From NCBI GenBank assembly GCA_964016885.1, contig OZ024740.1, positions 13,888,001 to 13,952,000 on the forward strand: a stretch of DNA of 64,000 nt. Reading direction: 5' to 3'. Under the pieces are notes generated by a model. It was not told the DNA's origin. It ran no database searches and saw nothing but the letters and a program-made list of their open reading frames with translations. The translations under genes and the position numbers were made by a program. How positions within the stretch are numbered: position 1 is the stretch's first letter; the number at the start of each line of letters is the position of its first letter. The stretch is from Eledone cirrhosa (Eukaryota). Of the stretch, positions 26,355 through 39,400 are shown one piece after another.

Positions 26355-27550
26355 TACTGGTATACAGCCGAGTACGGTGTTTTAAAACCGTGTATCACTG
26401 GTATACAGCCAGAGTACGGTGTTTTAAAACTGTGTATCACTGGTATACAGCCGGAGTTAGGTGTTTTAAAACTGTGCATTACAGGTATACAGCCGGAGTA
26501 AGGTGTTTTAAAACCGTGTATCACTGGTATACAGCCAGAGTACGGTGTTTTAAAACTGTGTATCACTGGTTTACAGCCGGAGTAAGGTGTTTTAAAACCG
26601 TGTATCTCTGGTATACAGCCGGAGTAAGGTGATTTAAAACTGTGAATTACTGGTATACAGCCAGAGTAAGGCGTTTTAAATTGTATATTACTGGTATACA
26701 GCCGGAGTAAGGTGTTTTAAAACTGTATCACTGGTATACAGCCAAAGATATTTTAAAACCGGGTTTCACTGGTATACAGCCAGAGTAAGGTGTTTTAAAA
26801 CTGTATCACTGGTATACAGCCAAAGATATTTTAAAACTGTGTATTACAGGTATACAGCCGGAGTAAGTTGTTTTAAAACTGTGTATTACTGTTATACAGC
26901 TAAAGATGTTTTAAAACCGTGTATCACTGGTATACAGCCGGATAAGGTGTTTTAAACTGTGTATTACTGGTATACAGCTAAAGATGTTTTAAAACCGTGT
27001 ATCACTGGTATACAACCGGAGTAAGGTGTTTTAAAACTGTGTATCACTGGTATACAGCCAGAGTACGGTGTTTTAAAACTGTGTATTACTGGTATACAGC
27101 CGGAGTAAGGTGTTTTAAAACCGTGTATTAATGGTATACAGCCGGAGTAAGGTGTTTTAAAACCGTGTAACACTGGTATACAGCCAAATATGTTTTAAAA
27201 GCGTGTATCACTGGTATACAGCCGGAGTAAGGTGTTTTAAAACTGTGTATCACTGGTATACAGCCAGAGTACGGTGTTTTAAAACTGTGTATTACTGGTA
27301 TACAGCCAGAGTACGGTGTTTTAAAACAGTGTATCACTGGAATACAGCCGGAGTAAGGTGTTTTAAAACTGTGTATTACTGGTATACAGCTGGAGTAGGT
27401 GTTTTAAAACCGTGTATTACTGGTATACAGCCGGAGTAAGGTGTTTTAAAACCGTGTATCACTGGTATACAGCCAAATATGTTTTAAAAGCGTGTATCAC
27501 TGGTATACAGCCGGAGTAAGGTGTTTTAAAACTGTGTATTACTGGTATAC
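25245..27550 (+). repeat. Local ~1,186-bp tandem duplication (also carried in the copies at +9,801 and +30,506)
   Basis: ORFs 25778/26964 and 26017/27203 are offset by 1,186. Both halves share the variants GGTTTACAG, GGTGATTT, TATTAATGG and GTGTAACACT. Confidence 0.8.
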
Positions 27551-29339
27551 AGCCGAGTAAGGTGTTTTAAAACCGTGTATTACTGGTATACAGCCGGAGT
27601 AAAGTGTTTTAAAACCGTGTATTACTGGTATACAGCCAGAGTAAGGTGTTTTAAAACCGTGTATCACAGGTATACAGCCGGAGTAATGTGTTTTAAAACC
27701 GTGTATCGCTGGTATACAGCCAAAGATATTTTAAAACTGTGTATTACTGGTATACAGCCGGAATAATGTGTTTTAAAACTGTGTATCACTGGTATACAGC
27801 TAAAGATGTTTTAAAACCGTGTATCACAGGTATACAGCCAGAGTACGGTGTTTTAGAAGTGTGTATCACTGGTATACAGCCAGAGTAAGATGTTTTAAAA
27901 CCGTGTATCACTGGTATACAGCCAGAGTACGGTGTTTTAGAACTGTGTATCACTCGTATACAGCCGGAGTAAGGTGTTTTAAAACCGTGTATCACTGGTA
28001 TACAGCCAGAGTACGGTGTTTTAGAACTGTGTATCACTGGTATACAGCCGGAGTAAGATGTTTTAAAACTGTGTATCACTGGTATACAGCCAGAGTACGG
28101 TGTTTTAAAACTGTGTATAACTGGTATACAGCCAGAGTACGGTGTTTTAGAACTGTGTATCACTGGTATACAGCCGGAGTAAGGTGTTTTAGAACTGTGT
28201 ATCACTGGTATACAGCCGGAGTAAGGTGTTTTAAAACTGTGTATCACTGGTATACAGCCAGAGTACGGTGTTTTAGAACTGTGTATCACTGGTATACAGC
28301 CGGAGTAAGGTGTTTTAAAACCGTGTATCACTGGTATACAGCCAGAGTACGGTGTTTTAGAACTGTGTATCACTGGTATACAGCCGGAGTAAGGTGTTTT
28401 AAAACTGTGTATGACTGGTATACAGCCAGAGTACGGTGTTTTAAAACTGTGTATAACTGGTATAAAGCCGGAGTAAGGTGTTTTAAAACTGTGTATCACT
28501 GGTATACAGCCGGAGTAAGGTTTTTTTAAAACTGTGTATAACTGGTATACAGCCAGAGTACGGTGTTTTAAAACTGTGTATCACTGGTATACAGCCTGAG
28601 TAAGGTGTTTTAAAACTGTGTATCACTGGTATACAGCCGGAGTAAGGTGTTTTAAAACTGTGTATTACTGGTATACAGCCGGAGTAAGGTGTTTTAGAAC
28701 TGTGTATCACTGGTATACAGCCAAAGATATTTTAAAACCGTGTATCACTGGTATACAGCGAGAGTAAGGTGTTTGAAAACTGTGTATTACTGGTATAAAG
28801 CCGGAGTAAGATGTTTTAAAACCGTGTATCACTGGTATACAGCCGGAGTAAGGTGTTTTAAAACTGTGTATTACTGGTATACAGCCGGTGTAAGGTGTTT
28901 TAAAACTGTGTATTACAGGTATACAGCCGGAGTAAGGTGTTTTAAAACTGTGTATTACTGGTATACAGCCGGAGTAAGGTGTTTTGAAACTGTGTATTAC
29001 AGGTATACAGCCGGAGTAAGGTGTTTTAAAACTGTGTATTACAGGTATACAGCCGGAGTAAGGTGTTTTAAAACTGTGTATTACTGGTATTCAGCCGGAG
29101 TAAGGTGTTTTAAAACTGTGTATTACTGGTATACAGCCGGAGTAAGGTGTTTTAAAACAGTGTATCACTGGTATACAGCCGGAGTAAGGTGTTTTAAAAC
29201 TGTGTATCACTGGTATACAGCCAGAGTACGGTGTTTTAAAACTGTGTATCACTGGTATACAGCCGGAGTAAGGTGTTTTAAAACCGTGTATCACTGGTAT
29301 ACAGCCGGAGTAAGGTGTTTTAAAACTGTGTATTACTGG

Positions 29340-30450
29340 TATACAGCCGGAGTAAGGTGTTTTAAAACCGTGTATTACTGGTATACAGCCGGAGTAAGGT
29401 GTTTTAAAACCGTGTATTACAGGTATATAGCCAGAGTAAGGCGTTTTAAAATTGTATATCACTGGTATACAGCCGGAGTAAGGTGTTTTAAAACTGTATC
29501 ACTGGTATACATCAAAGATATTTTAAAACTGTATTACAGATATACAGCCGGAGTAAGATGTTTTAAAACTGTGTATTACTGTTATACAGCTAAAGATGTT
29601 TTAAAATCGTGTATCACTGGTATACTGCCGGAGTAAGGTGTTTTAAAACTGTGTATTACTGGTATACAGCAACAGATGTTTTAAAACCGTGTATCACTGG
29701 TATACAGCCGGAGTAAGGTGTTTTAAAACTGTGTATCACTGCTATACAGCCAGAGTACGGTGTTTTAAAACTGTGTATTACAGGTATACAACCAGAGTAC
29801 GGTGTTTTAAAACAGTGTATCACTGGTATACAGCCTGAGTAAGGTGTTTTAAAACTGTGTATTACTGGTATACAGCCGGAGTAAGGTGTTTTAAAACCGT
29901 GTATTACTGGTATACAGCCGGAGTAAGGTGTTTTAAAACCGTGTATCACTGGTATACAGCCAAAGATGTTTTAAAACCGTGTATCACTGGTATACAGCCG
30001 GAGTAAGGTGTTTTAAAACTGTGTATTACTGGTATACAGCCGGAGTAAGGTGTTTTAAAACCGTGTATTACAGGTATATAGCCAGAGTAAGGCGTTTTAA
30101 AATTGTATATCACTGGTATACAGCAGGAGTAAGGTGTTTTAAAACTGTATCATTGGTATACATCAAAGATATTTTAAAACTGTATTACAGGTATACAGCC
30201 GGAGTAAGATGTTTTAAAACTGTGTATTACTGTTATACAGCTAAAGATGTTTTAAAACCGTGTATCACTGGTATACTGCCGGAGTAAGGTGTTTTAAAAC
30301 TGTGTATTACTGGTATACAGCAAAAGATGTTTTAAAACCGTGTATCACTGGTATACAGCCGGAGTAAGGTGTTTTAAAACTGTGTATCACTGGTATACAG
30401 CCAGAGTACGGTGTTTTAAAACAGTGTATTACAGGTATACAGCCAGAGTA
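29340..30450 (+). repeat. Local ~651-bp tandem duplication (also at +9,801 and +30,506)
   Basis: ORFs 29656/30307 are offset by 651. The variants GTATATAGCC, ACATCAAAGATA and TATACTGCC each occur twice about 651 bp apart. Confidence 0.82.
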
Positions 30451-33400
30451 CGGTGTTTTAGAACTGTGTATCACTGGTATACAGCCGGAGTAAGGTGTTT
30501 TAAAACTGTGTATCACTGGTATACAGCCGGAGTAAGGTGTTTTAAAACTGTGTATCACTGGTATACAGCCGGAGTTAGGTGTTTTAAAACTGTGCATTAC
30601 AGGTATACAGCCGGAGTAAGGTGTTTTAAAACCGTGTATCACTGGTATACAGCCAGAGTACGGTGTTTTAAAACTGTGTATCACTGGTTTACAGCCGGAG
30701 TAAGGTGTTTTAAAACCGTGTATCACTGGTATACAGCCGGAGTAAGGTGATTTAAAACTGTGAATTACTGGTATACAGCCAGAGTAAGGCGTTTTAAATT
30801 GTATATTACTGGTATACAGCTGGAGTAAGGTGTTTTAAAACTGTATCACTGGTATACAGCCAAAGATATTTTAAAACCGGGTTTCACTGGTATACAGCCA
30901 GAGTAAGGTGTTTTAAAACTGTATCACTGGTATAAAGCCAAAGATATTTTAAAACTGTGTATTACAGGTATACAGCCGGAGTAAGTTGTTTTAAAACTGT
31001 GTATTACTGTTATACAGCTAAAGATGTTTTAAAACCGTGTATCACTGGTATACAGCCGGATAAGGTGTTTTAAAACTGTGTATTACTGGTATACAGCTAA
31101 AGATGTTTTAAAACCGTGTATCACTGGTATACAACCGGAGTAAGGTGTTTTAAAACTGTGTATCACTGGTATACAGCCAGAGTACGGTGTTTTAAAACTG
31201 TGTATTACTGGTATACAGCCGGAGTAAGGTGTTTTAAAACCGTGTATTAATGGTATACAGCCGGAGTAAGGTGTTTTAAAACCGTGTAACACTGGTATAC
31301 AGCCAAATATGTTTTAAAAGCGTGTATCACTGGTATACAGCCGGAGTAAGGTGTTTTAAAACTGTGTATCACTGGTATACAGCCAGAGTACGGTGTTTTA
31401 AAACTGTGTATTACTGGTATACAGCCAGAGTACGGTGTTTTAAAACAGTGTATCACTGGAATACAGCCGGAGTAAGGTGTTTTAAAACTGTGTATTACTG
31501 GTATACAGCCGGAGTAAGGTGTTTTAAAACCGTGTATTACTGGTATACAGCCGGAGTAAGGTGTTTTAAAACCGTGTATCACTGGTATACAGCCAAATAT
31601 GTTTTAAAAGCGTGTATCACTGGTATACAGCCGGAGTAAGGTGTTTTAAAACTGTGTATCACTGGTATACAGCCAGAGTACGGTGTTTTAGAACTGTGTA
31701 TCAATGGTATACAGCCAGAGTAAGATGTTTTAAAACCGTGTATCACTGGTATACAGCCAGAGTACGGTGTTTTAGAACTGTGTATCACTGGTATACAGCC
31801 GGAGTAAGGTGTTTTAAAACCGTGTATCACTGGTATACAGCCAGAGTACGGTGTTTTAGAACTGTGTATAACTGGTATACAGCCAGAGTACGGTGTTTTA
31901 GAACTGTGTATCACTGGTATACAGCCGGAGTAAGGTGTTTTAAAACTGTGTATCACTGGTATACAGCCGGAGTAAGGTGTTTTAAAAATGTGTATCACTG
32001 GTATACAGCCAGAGTAAGGTGTTTTAAAACTGTGTATCACTGGTATACAGCCGGAGTAAGGTGTTTTAAAACTGTGTATCACTGGTATACAGCCGGAGTA
32101 AGGTGTTTTAAAACTGTGTATCACTGGTATACAGCCGGAGTAAGGTGTTTTAAAACTGTGTATCACTGGTATACAGCCAGAGTACGGTGTTTAAAAACCG
32201 TGTATCACTGGTATACAGCCAGAGTACGGTGTTTTAAAACTGTGTATCACTGGTATACAGCCGGAGTAAGGTGTTTTAAAACTGTGTATTACAGGTATAC
32301 AGCCGGAGTAAGGTGTTTTAAAACTGTGTATTACTGGTATACAGCCGGAGTAAGGTGTTCTAAAACTGTGTATTACTGGTATACAGCCGGAGTAAGGTGT
32401 TTTAAAACTGTGTATTACAGGTATACAGCCGGAGTAAGGTGTTTTAAAACTGTGTATTTCAGGTATACAGCCGGAGTAAGGTGTTTTAAAACTGTGTATT
32501 ACTGGTATACAGCCGGAGTAAGGTGTTTTAAAACTGTGTATTGCAGGTATACAGCCGGAGTAAGGTGTTTTAAAACTGTGTATCACTGGTATACAGCCGG
32601 AGTTAGGTGTTTTAAAACTGTGCATTACAGGTATACAGCCGGAGTAAGGTGTTTTAAAACTGTGTATCACTGGTATACAGCCGGAGTTAGGTGTTTTAAA
32701 ACTGTGCATTACAGGTATACAGCCGGAGTAAGGTGTTTTAAAACTGTGTATCACTGGTATACAGCCGGAGTAAGGTGTTTTAAAACTGTGTATTACTGGT
32801 ATACAGCCGGAGTAAGGTGTTTTAAAACGGTGTATCACTGGTATACAGCCGGAGTAAGGTGTTTTAAAACTGTGTATCACTGGTATACAGCCAGAGTACG
32901 GTGTTTTAAAACTGTGTATCACTGGTATACAGCCGGAGTAAGGTGTTTTAAAACCGTGTATCACTGGTATACAGCCGGAGTAAGGTGTTTTAAAACTGTG
33001 AATTACTGGTATACAGCCTGAGTAAGGTGTTTTAATACAGCCAGAGTAAGGCGTTTTAAATTGTATATTACTGGTATACAGCCGGAGTAAGGCGTTTTAA
33101 AACTGAATCACTGGTATACAGCCAAAGATATTTTAAAACCGGGTTTCACTGGTATACAGCCAGAGTAAGGTGTTTTAAAACTGTATCACTGGTATACAGC
33201 CAAAGATATTTTAAAACTGTGTATTACAGGTATACAGCCGGAGTAAGTTGTTTTAAAACTGTGTATTACTGTTATACAGCTAAAGATGTTTTAAAACCGT
33301 GTATCACTGGTACACAGCCGGATAAGGTGTTTTAAAACTGTGTATTACTGGTATACAGCTAAAGATGTTTTAAAACCGTGTATCACTGGTATACAACCGG

Positions 33401-36400
33401 AGTAAGGTGTTTTAAAACTGTGTATCACTGGTATACAGCCAGAGTACGGTGTTTTAAAACTGTGTATTACTGGTATACAGCCAGAGTACGGTGTTTTAAA
33501 ACAGTGTATCACTGGTATACAGCCGGAGTAAGGTGTTTTAAAACTGTGTATTACTGGTATACAGCCGGAGTAAGGTGTTTTAAAACCGTGTATTACTGGT
33601 ATACAGCCGGAGTAAGGTGTTTTAAAACCGTGTATCACTGGTATACAGCCAAATATGTTTTAAAAGCGTGTATCACTGGTATACAGCCGGAGTAAGGTGT
33701 TTTAAAACTGTGTATCACTGGTATACAGCCAGAGCACGGTGTTTTAAAACTGTGTATCACTTGTATACAGCCAGAGTACGGTGTTTTAAAACTGTGTATT
33801 ACTGGTATACAGCCAGAGTACGGTGTTTTAAAACAGTGTATCACTGGTATACAGCCGGAGTAAGGTGTTTTAAAACTGTGTATTACTGGTATACAGCCGG
33901 AGTAAGGTGTTTTAAAACCGTGTATTACTGGTATACAGCCGGAGTAAGGTGTTTTAAAACCGTGTATCACTGGTATACAGCCAGAGTAAGGTGTTTTAAA
34001 ACCGTGTATCACAGGTATACAGCCGGAGTAATGTGTTTTAAAACCGTGTATCGCTGGTATACAGCCAAAGATATTTTAAAACTGTGTATTACTGGTATAC
34101 AGCCAGAGTAATGTGTTTTAAAACTGTGTATCACTGGTATACAGCTAAAGATGTTTTAAAACCGTGTATCACTGGTATACAGCCAGAGTACGGTGTTTTA
34201 GAACTGTGTATCACTGGTATACAGCCGGAGTAAGGTGTTTTAAAACTGTGTATCACTGGTATACCGCCGGAGTAAGGTGTTTTAAAACTGTGTATTACTG
34301 GTATACAGCCGGAGTAAGGTGTTTTAAAAATGTGTATCACTGGTATACAGCCAGAGTAAGGTGTTTTAAAACTGTGTATTACAGGTATACAGCCGGAGTA
34401 AAGTGTTTTAAAACTGTGTATCACTGGTATACAGCCGGAGTAAGGTGTTTTAAAACCGTGTATCACTGGTATACAGCCGGGGTAAGGTGTTTTAAAACTG
34501 TGTATTACTGGTATACAGCCGGAGTACGGTGTTTTAAAACTGTGTATTACTGGTATACAGCCGGAGTAAGGTGTTTTAAAACTGTGTATTACTGGTATAC
34601 AGCCGGAGTAAAGTGTTTTAAAACTGTGTATTACTGGTATACAGCCGGAGTAAGGTGTTTTAAAACTGTGTATTACAGGTATACAGCCGGAGTAAGGTGT
34701 TTTAAAACTGTGTATTACTGGTATACAGCCAGAGTAAGGTGTTTTAAAACTGTGTATCACTGGTATACAGCCGGAGTAAGGTGTTTTAAAACTGTGTATC
34801 ACTGGTATACAGCCGGAGTAAGGTGTTTTAAAACTGTGTATTACAGGTATACAGCCGGAGTAAGGTGTTTTAAAACTGTGTATCACTGGTATACAGCCAG
34901 AGTAAGGTGTTTTAAAACTGTGTATCACTGGTATACAGCCGGAGTAAGGTGTTTTAAAACTGTGTATCACTGGTATACAGCCGGAGTAAGGTGTTTTAAA
35001 ACTGTGTATTACAGGTATACAGCCAGAGTACAGTGTTTTAAAACCGTGTATCACTGGTATACAGCCGGAGTTAGGTGTTTTAAAACTGTGCATTACAGGT
35101 ATACAGCCGGAGTAAGGTGTTTTAAAACCGTGTATCACTGGTATACAGCCAGAGTACGGTGTTTTAAAACTGTGTATCACTGGTTTACAGCCGGAGTAAG
35201 GTGTTTTAAAACCGTGTATCACTGGTATACAGCCGGAGTAAGGTGATTTAAAACTGTGAATTACTGGTATACAGCCAGAGTAAGGCGTTTTAAATTGTAT
35301 ATTACTGGTATACAGCTGGAGTAAGGTGTTTTAAAACTGTATCACTGGTATACAGCCAAAGATATTTTAAAACCGGGTTTCACTGGTATACAGCCAGAGT
35401 AAGGTGTTTTAAAACTGTATCACTGGTATAAAGCCAAAGATATTTTAAAACTGTGTATTACAGGTATACAGCCGGAGTAAGTTGTTTTAAAACTGTGTAT
35501 TACTGTTATACAGCTAAAGATGTTTTAAAACCGTGTATCACTGGTATACAGCCGGATAAGGTGTTTTAAAACTGTGTATTACTGGTATACAGCTAAAGAT
35601 GTTTTAAAACCGTGTATCACTGGTATACAACCGGAGTAAGGTGTTTTAAAACTGTGTATCACTGGTATACAGCCAGAGTACGGTGTTTTAAAACTGTGTA
35701 TTACTGGTATACAGCCGGAGTAAGGTGTTTTAAAACCGTGTATTAATGGTATACAGCCGGAGTAAGGTGTTTTAAAACCGTGTAACACTGGTATACAGCC
35801 AAATATGTTTTAAAAGCGTGTATCACTGGTATACAGCCGGAGTAAGGTGTTTTAAAACTGTGTATCACTGGTATACAGCCAGAGTACGGTGTTTTAAAAC
35901 TGTGTATTACTGGTATACAGCCAGAGTACGGTGTTTTAAAACAGTGTATCACTGGAATACAGCCGGAGTAAGGTGTTTTAAAACTGTGTATTACTGGTAT
36001 ACAGCCGGAGTAAGGTGTTTTAAAACCGTGTATTACTGGTATACAGCCGGAGTAAGGTGTTTTAAAACCGTGTATCACTGGTATACAGCCAAATATGTTT
36101 TAAAAGCGTGTATCACTGGTATACAGCCGGAGTAAGGTGTTTTAAAACTGTGTATTACTGGTATACAGCCGAGTACGGTGTTTTAAAACCGTGTATCACT
36201 GGTATACAGCCAGAGTACGGTGTTTTAAAACTGTGTATCACTGGTATACAGCCGGAGTTAGGTGTTTTAAAACTGTGCATTACAGGTATACAGCCGGAGT
36301 AAGGTGTTTTAAAACCGTGTATCACTGGTATACAGCCAGAGTACGGTGTTTTAAAACTGTGTATCACTGGTTTACAGCCGGAGTAAGGTGTTTTAAAACC

Positions 36401-39400
36401 GTGTATCTCTGGTATACAGCCGGAGTAAGGTGATTTAAAACTGTGAATTACTGGTATACAGCCAGAGTAAGGCGTTTTAAATTGTATATTACTGGTATAC
36501 AGCCGGAGTAAGGTGTTTTAAAACTGTATCACTGGTATACAGCCAAAGATATTTTAAAACCGGGTTTCACTGGTATACAGCCAGAGTAAGGTGTTTTAAA
36601 ACTGTATCACTGGTATACAGCCAAAGATATTTTAAAACTGTGTATTACAGGTATACAGCCGGAGTAAGTTGTTTTAAAACTGTGTATTACTGTTATACAG
36701 CTAAAGATGTTTTAAAACCGTGTATCACTGGTATACAGCCGGATAAGGTGTTTTAAACTGTGTATTACTGGTATACAGCTAAAGATGTTTTAAAACCGTG
36801 TATCACTGGTATACAACCGGAGTAAGGTGTTTTAAAACTGTGTATCACTGGTATACAGCCAGAGTACGGTGTTTTAAAACTGTGTATTACTGGTATACAG
36901 CCGGAGTAAGGTGTTTTAAAACCGTGTATTAATGGTATACAGCCGGAGTAAGGTGTTTTAAAACCGTGTAACACTGGTATACAGCCAAATATGTTTTAAA
37001 AGCGTGTATCACTGGTATACAGCCGGAGTAAGGTGTTTTAAAACTGTGTATCACTGGTATACAGCCAGAGTACGGTGTTTTAAAACTGTGTATTACTGGT
37101 ATACAGCCAGAGTACGGTGTTTTAAAACAGTGTATCACTGGAATACAGCCGGAGTAAGGTGTTTTAAAACTGTGTATTACTGGTATACAGCTGGAGTAGG
37201 TGTTTTAAAACCGTGTATTACTGGTATACAGCCGGAGTAAGGTGTTTTAAAACCGTGTATCACTGGTATACAGCCAAATATGTTTTAAAAGCGTGTATCA
37301 CTGGTATACAGCCGGAGTAAGGTGTTTTAAAACTGTGTATTACTGGTATACAGCCGAGTAAGGTGTTTTAAAACCGTGTATTACTGGTATACAGCCGGAG
37401 TAAAGTGTTTTAAAACCGTGTATTACTGGTATACAGCCAGAGTAAGGTGTTTTAAAACCGTGTATCACAGGTATACAGCCGGAGTAATGTGTTTTAAAAC
37501 CGTGTATCGCTGGTATACAGCCAAAGATATTTTAAAACTGTGTATTACTGGTATACAGCCGGAATAATGTGTTTTAAAACTGTGTATCACTGGTATACAG
37601 CTAAAGATGTTTTAAAACCGTGTATCACAGGTATACAGCCAGAGTACGGTGTTTTAGAAGTGTGTATCACTGGTATACAGCCAGAGTAAGATGTTTTAAA
37701 ACCGTGTATCACTGGTATACAGCCAGAGTACGGTGTTTTAGAACTGTGTATCACTCGTATACAGCCGGAGTAAGGTGTTTTAAAACCGTGTATCACTGGT
37801 ATACAGCCAGAGTACGGTGTTTTAGAACTGTGTATCACTGGTATACAGCCGGAGTAAGATGTTTTAAAACTGTGTATCACTGGTATACAGCCAGAGTACG
37901 GTGTTTTAAAACTGTGTATAACTGGTATACAGCCAGAGTACGGTGTTTTAGAACTGTGTATCACTGGTATACAGCCGGAGTAAGGTGTTTTAGAACTGTG
38001 TATCACTGGTATACAGCCGGAGTAAGGTGTTTTAAAACTGTGTATCACTGGTATACAGCCAGAGTACGGTGTTTTAGAACTGTGTATCACTGGTATACAG
38101 CCGGAGTAAGGTGTTTTAAAACCGTGTATCACTGGTATACAGCCAGAGTACGGTGTTTTAGAACTGTGTATCACTGGTATACAGCCGGAGTAAGGTGTTT
38201 TAAAACTGTGTATGACTGGTATACAGCCAGAGTACGGTGTTTTAAAACTGTGTATAACTGGTATAAAGCCGGAGTAAGGTGTTTTAAAACTGTGTATCAC
38301 TGGTATACAGCCGGAGTAAGGTTTTTTTAAAACTGTGTATAACTGGTATACAGCCAGAGTACGGTGTTTTAAAACTGTGTATCACTGGTATACAGCCTGA
38401 GTAAGGTGTTTTAAAACTGTGTATCACTGGTATACAGCCGGAGTAAGGTGTTTTAAAACTGTGTATTACTGGTATACAGCCGGAGTAAGGTGTTTTAGAA
38501 CTGTGTATCACTGGTATACAGCCAAAGATATTTTAAAACCGTGTATCACTGGTATACAGCGAGAGTAAGGTGTTTGAAAACTGTGTATTACTGGTATAAA
38601 GCCGGAGTAAGATGTTTTAAAACCGTGTATCACTGGTATACAGCCGGAGTAAGGTGTTTTAAAACTGTGTATTACTGGTATACAGCCGGTGTAAGGTGTT
38701 TTAAAACTGTGTATTACAGGTATACAGCCGGAGTAAGGTGTTTTAAAACTGTGTATTACTGGTATACAGCCGGAGTAAGGTGTTTTGAAACTGTGTATTA
38801 CAGGTATACAGCCGGAGTAAGGTGTTTTAAAACTGTGTATTACAGGTATACAGCCGGAGTAAGGTGTTTTAAAACTGTGTATTACTGGTATTCAGCCGGA
38901 GTAAGGTGTTTTAAAACTGTGTATTACTGGTATACAGCCGGAGTAAGGTGTTTTAAAACAGTGTATCACTGGTATACAGCCGGAGTAAGGTGTTTTAAAA
39001 CTGTGTATCACTGGTATACAGCCAGAGTACGGTGTTTTAAAACTGTGTATCACTGGTATACAGCCGGAGTAAGGTGTTTTAAAACCGTGTATCACTGGTA
39101 TACAGCCGGAGTAAGGTGTTTTAAAACTGTGTATTACTGGTATACAGCCGGAGTAAGGTGTTTTAAAACCGTGTATTACTGGTATACAGCCGGAGTAAGG
39201 TGTTTTAAAACCGTGTATTACAGGTATATAGCCAGAGTAAGGCGTTTTAAAATTGTATATCACTGGTATACAGCCGGAGTAAGGTGTTTTAAAACTGTAT
39301 CACTGGTATACATCAAAGATATTTTAAAACTGTATTACAGATATACAGCCGGAGTAAGATGTTTTAAAACTGTGTATTACTGTTATACAGCTAAAGATGT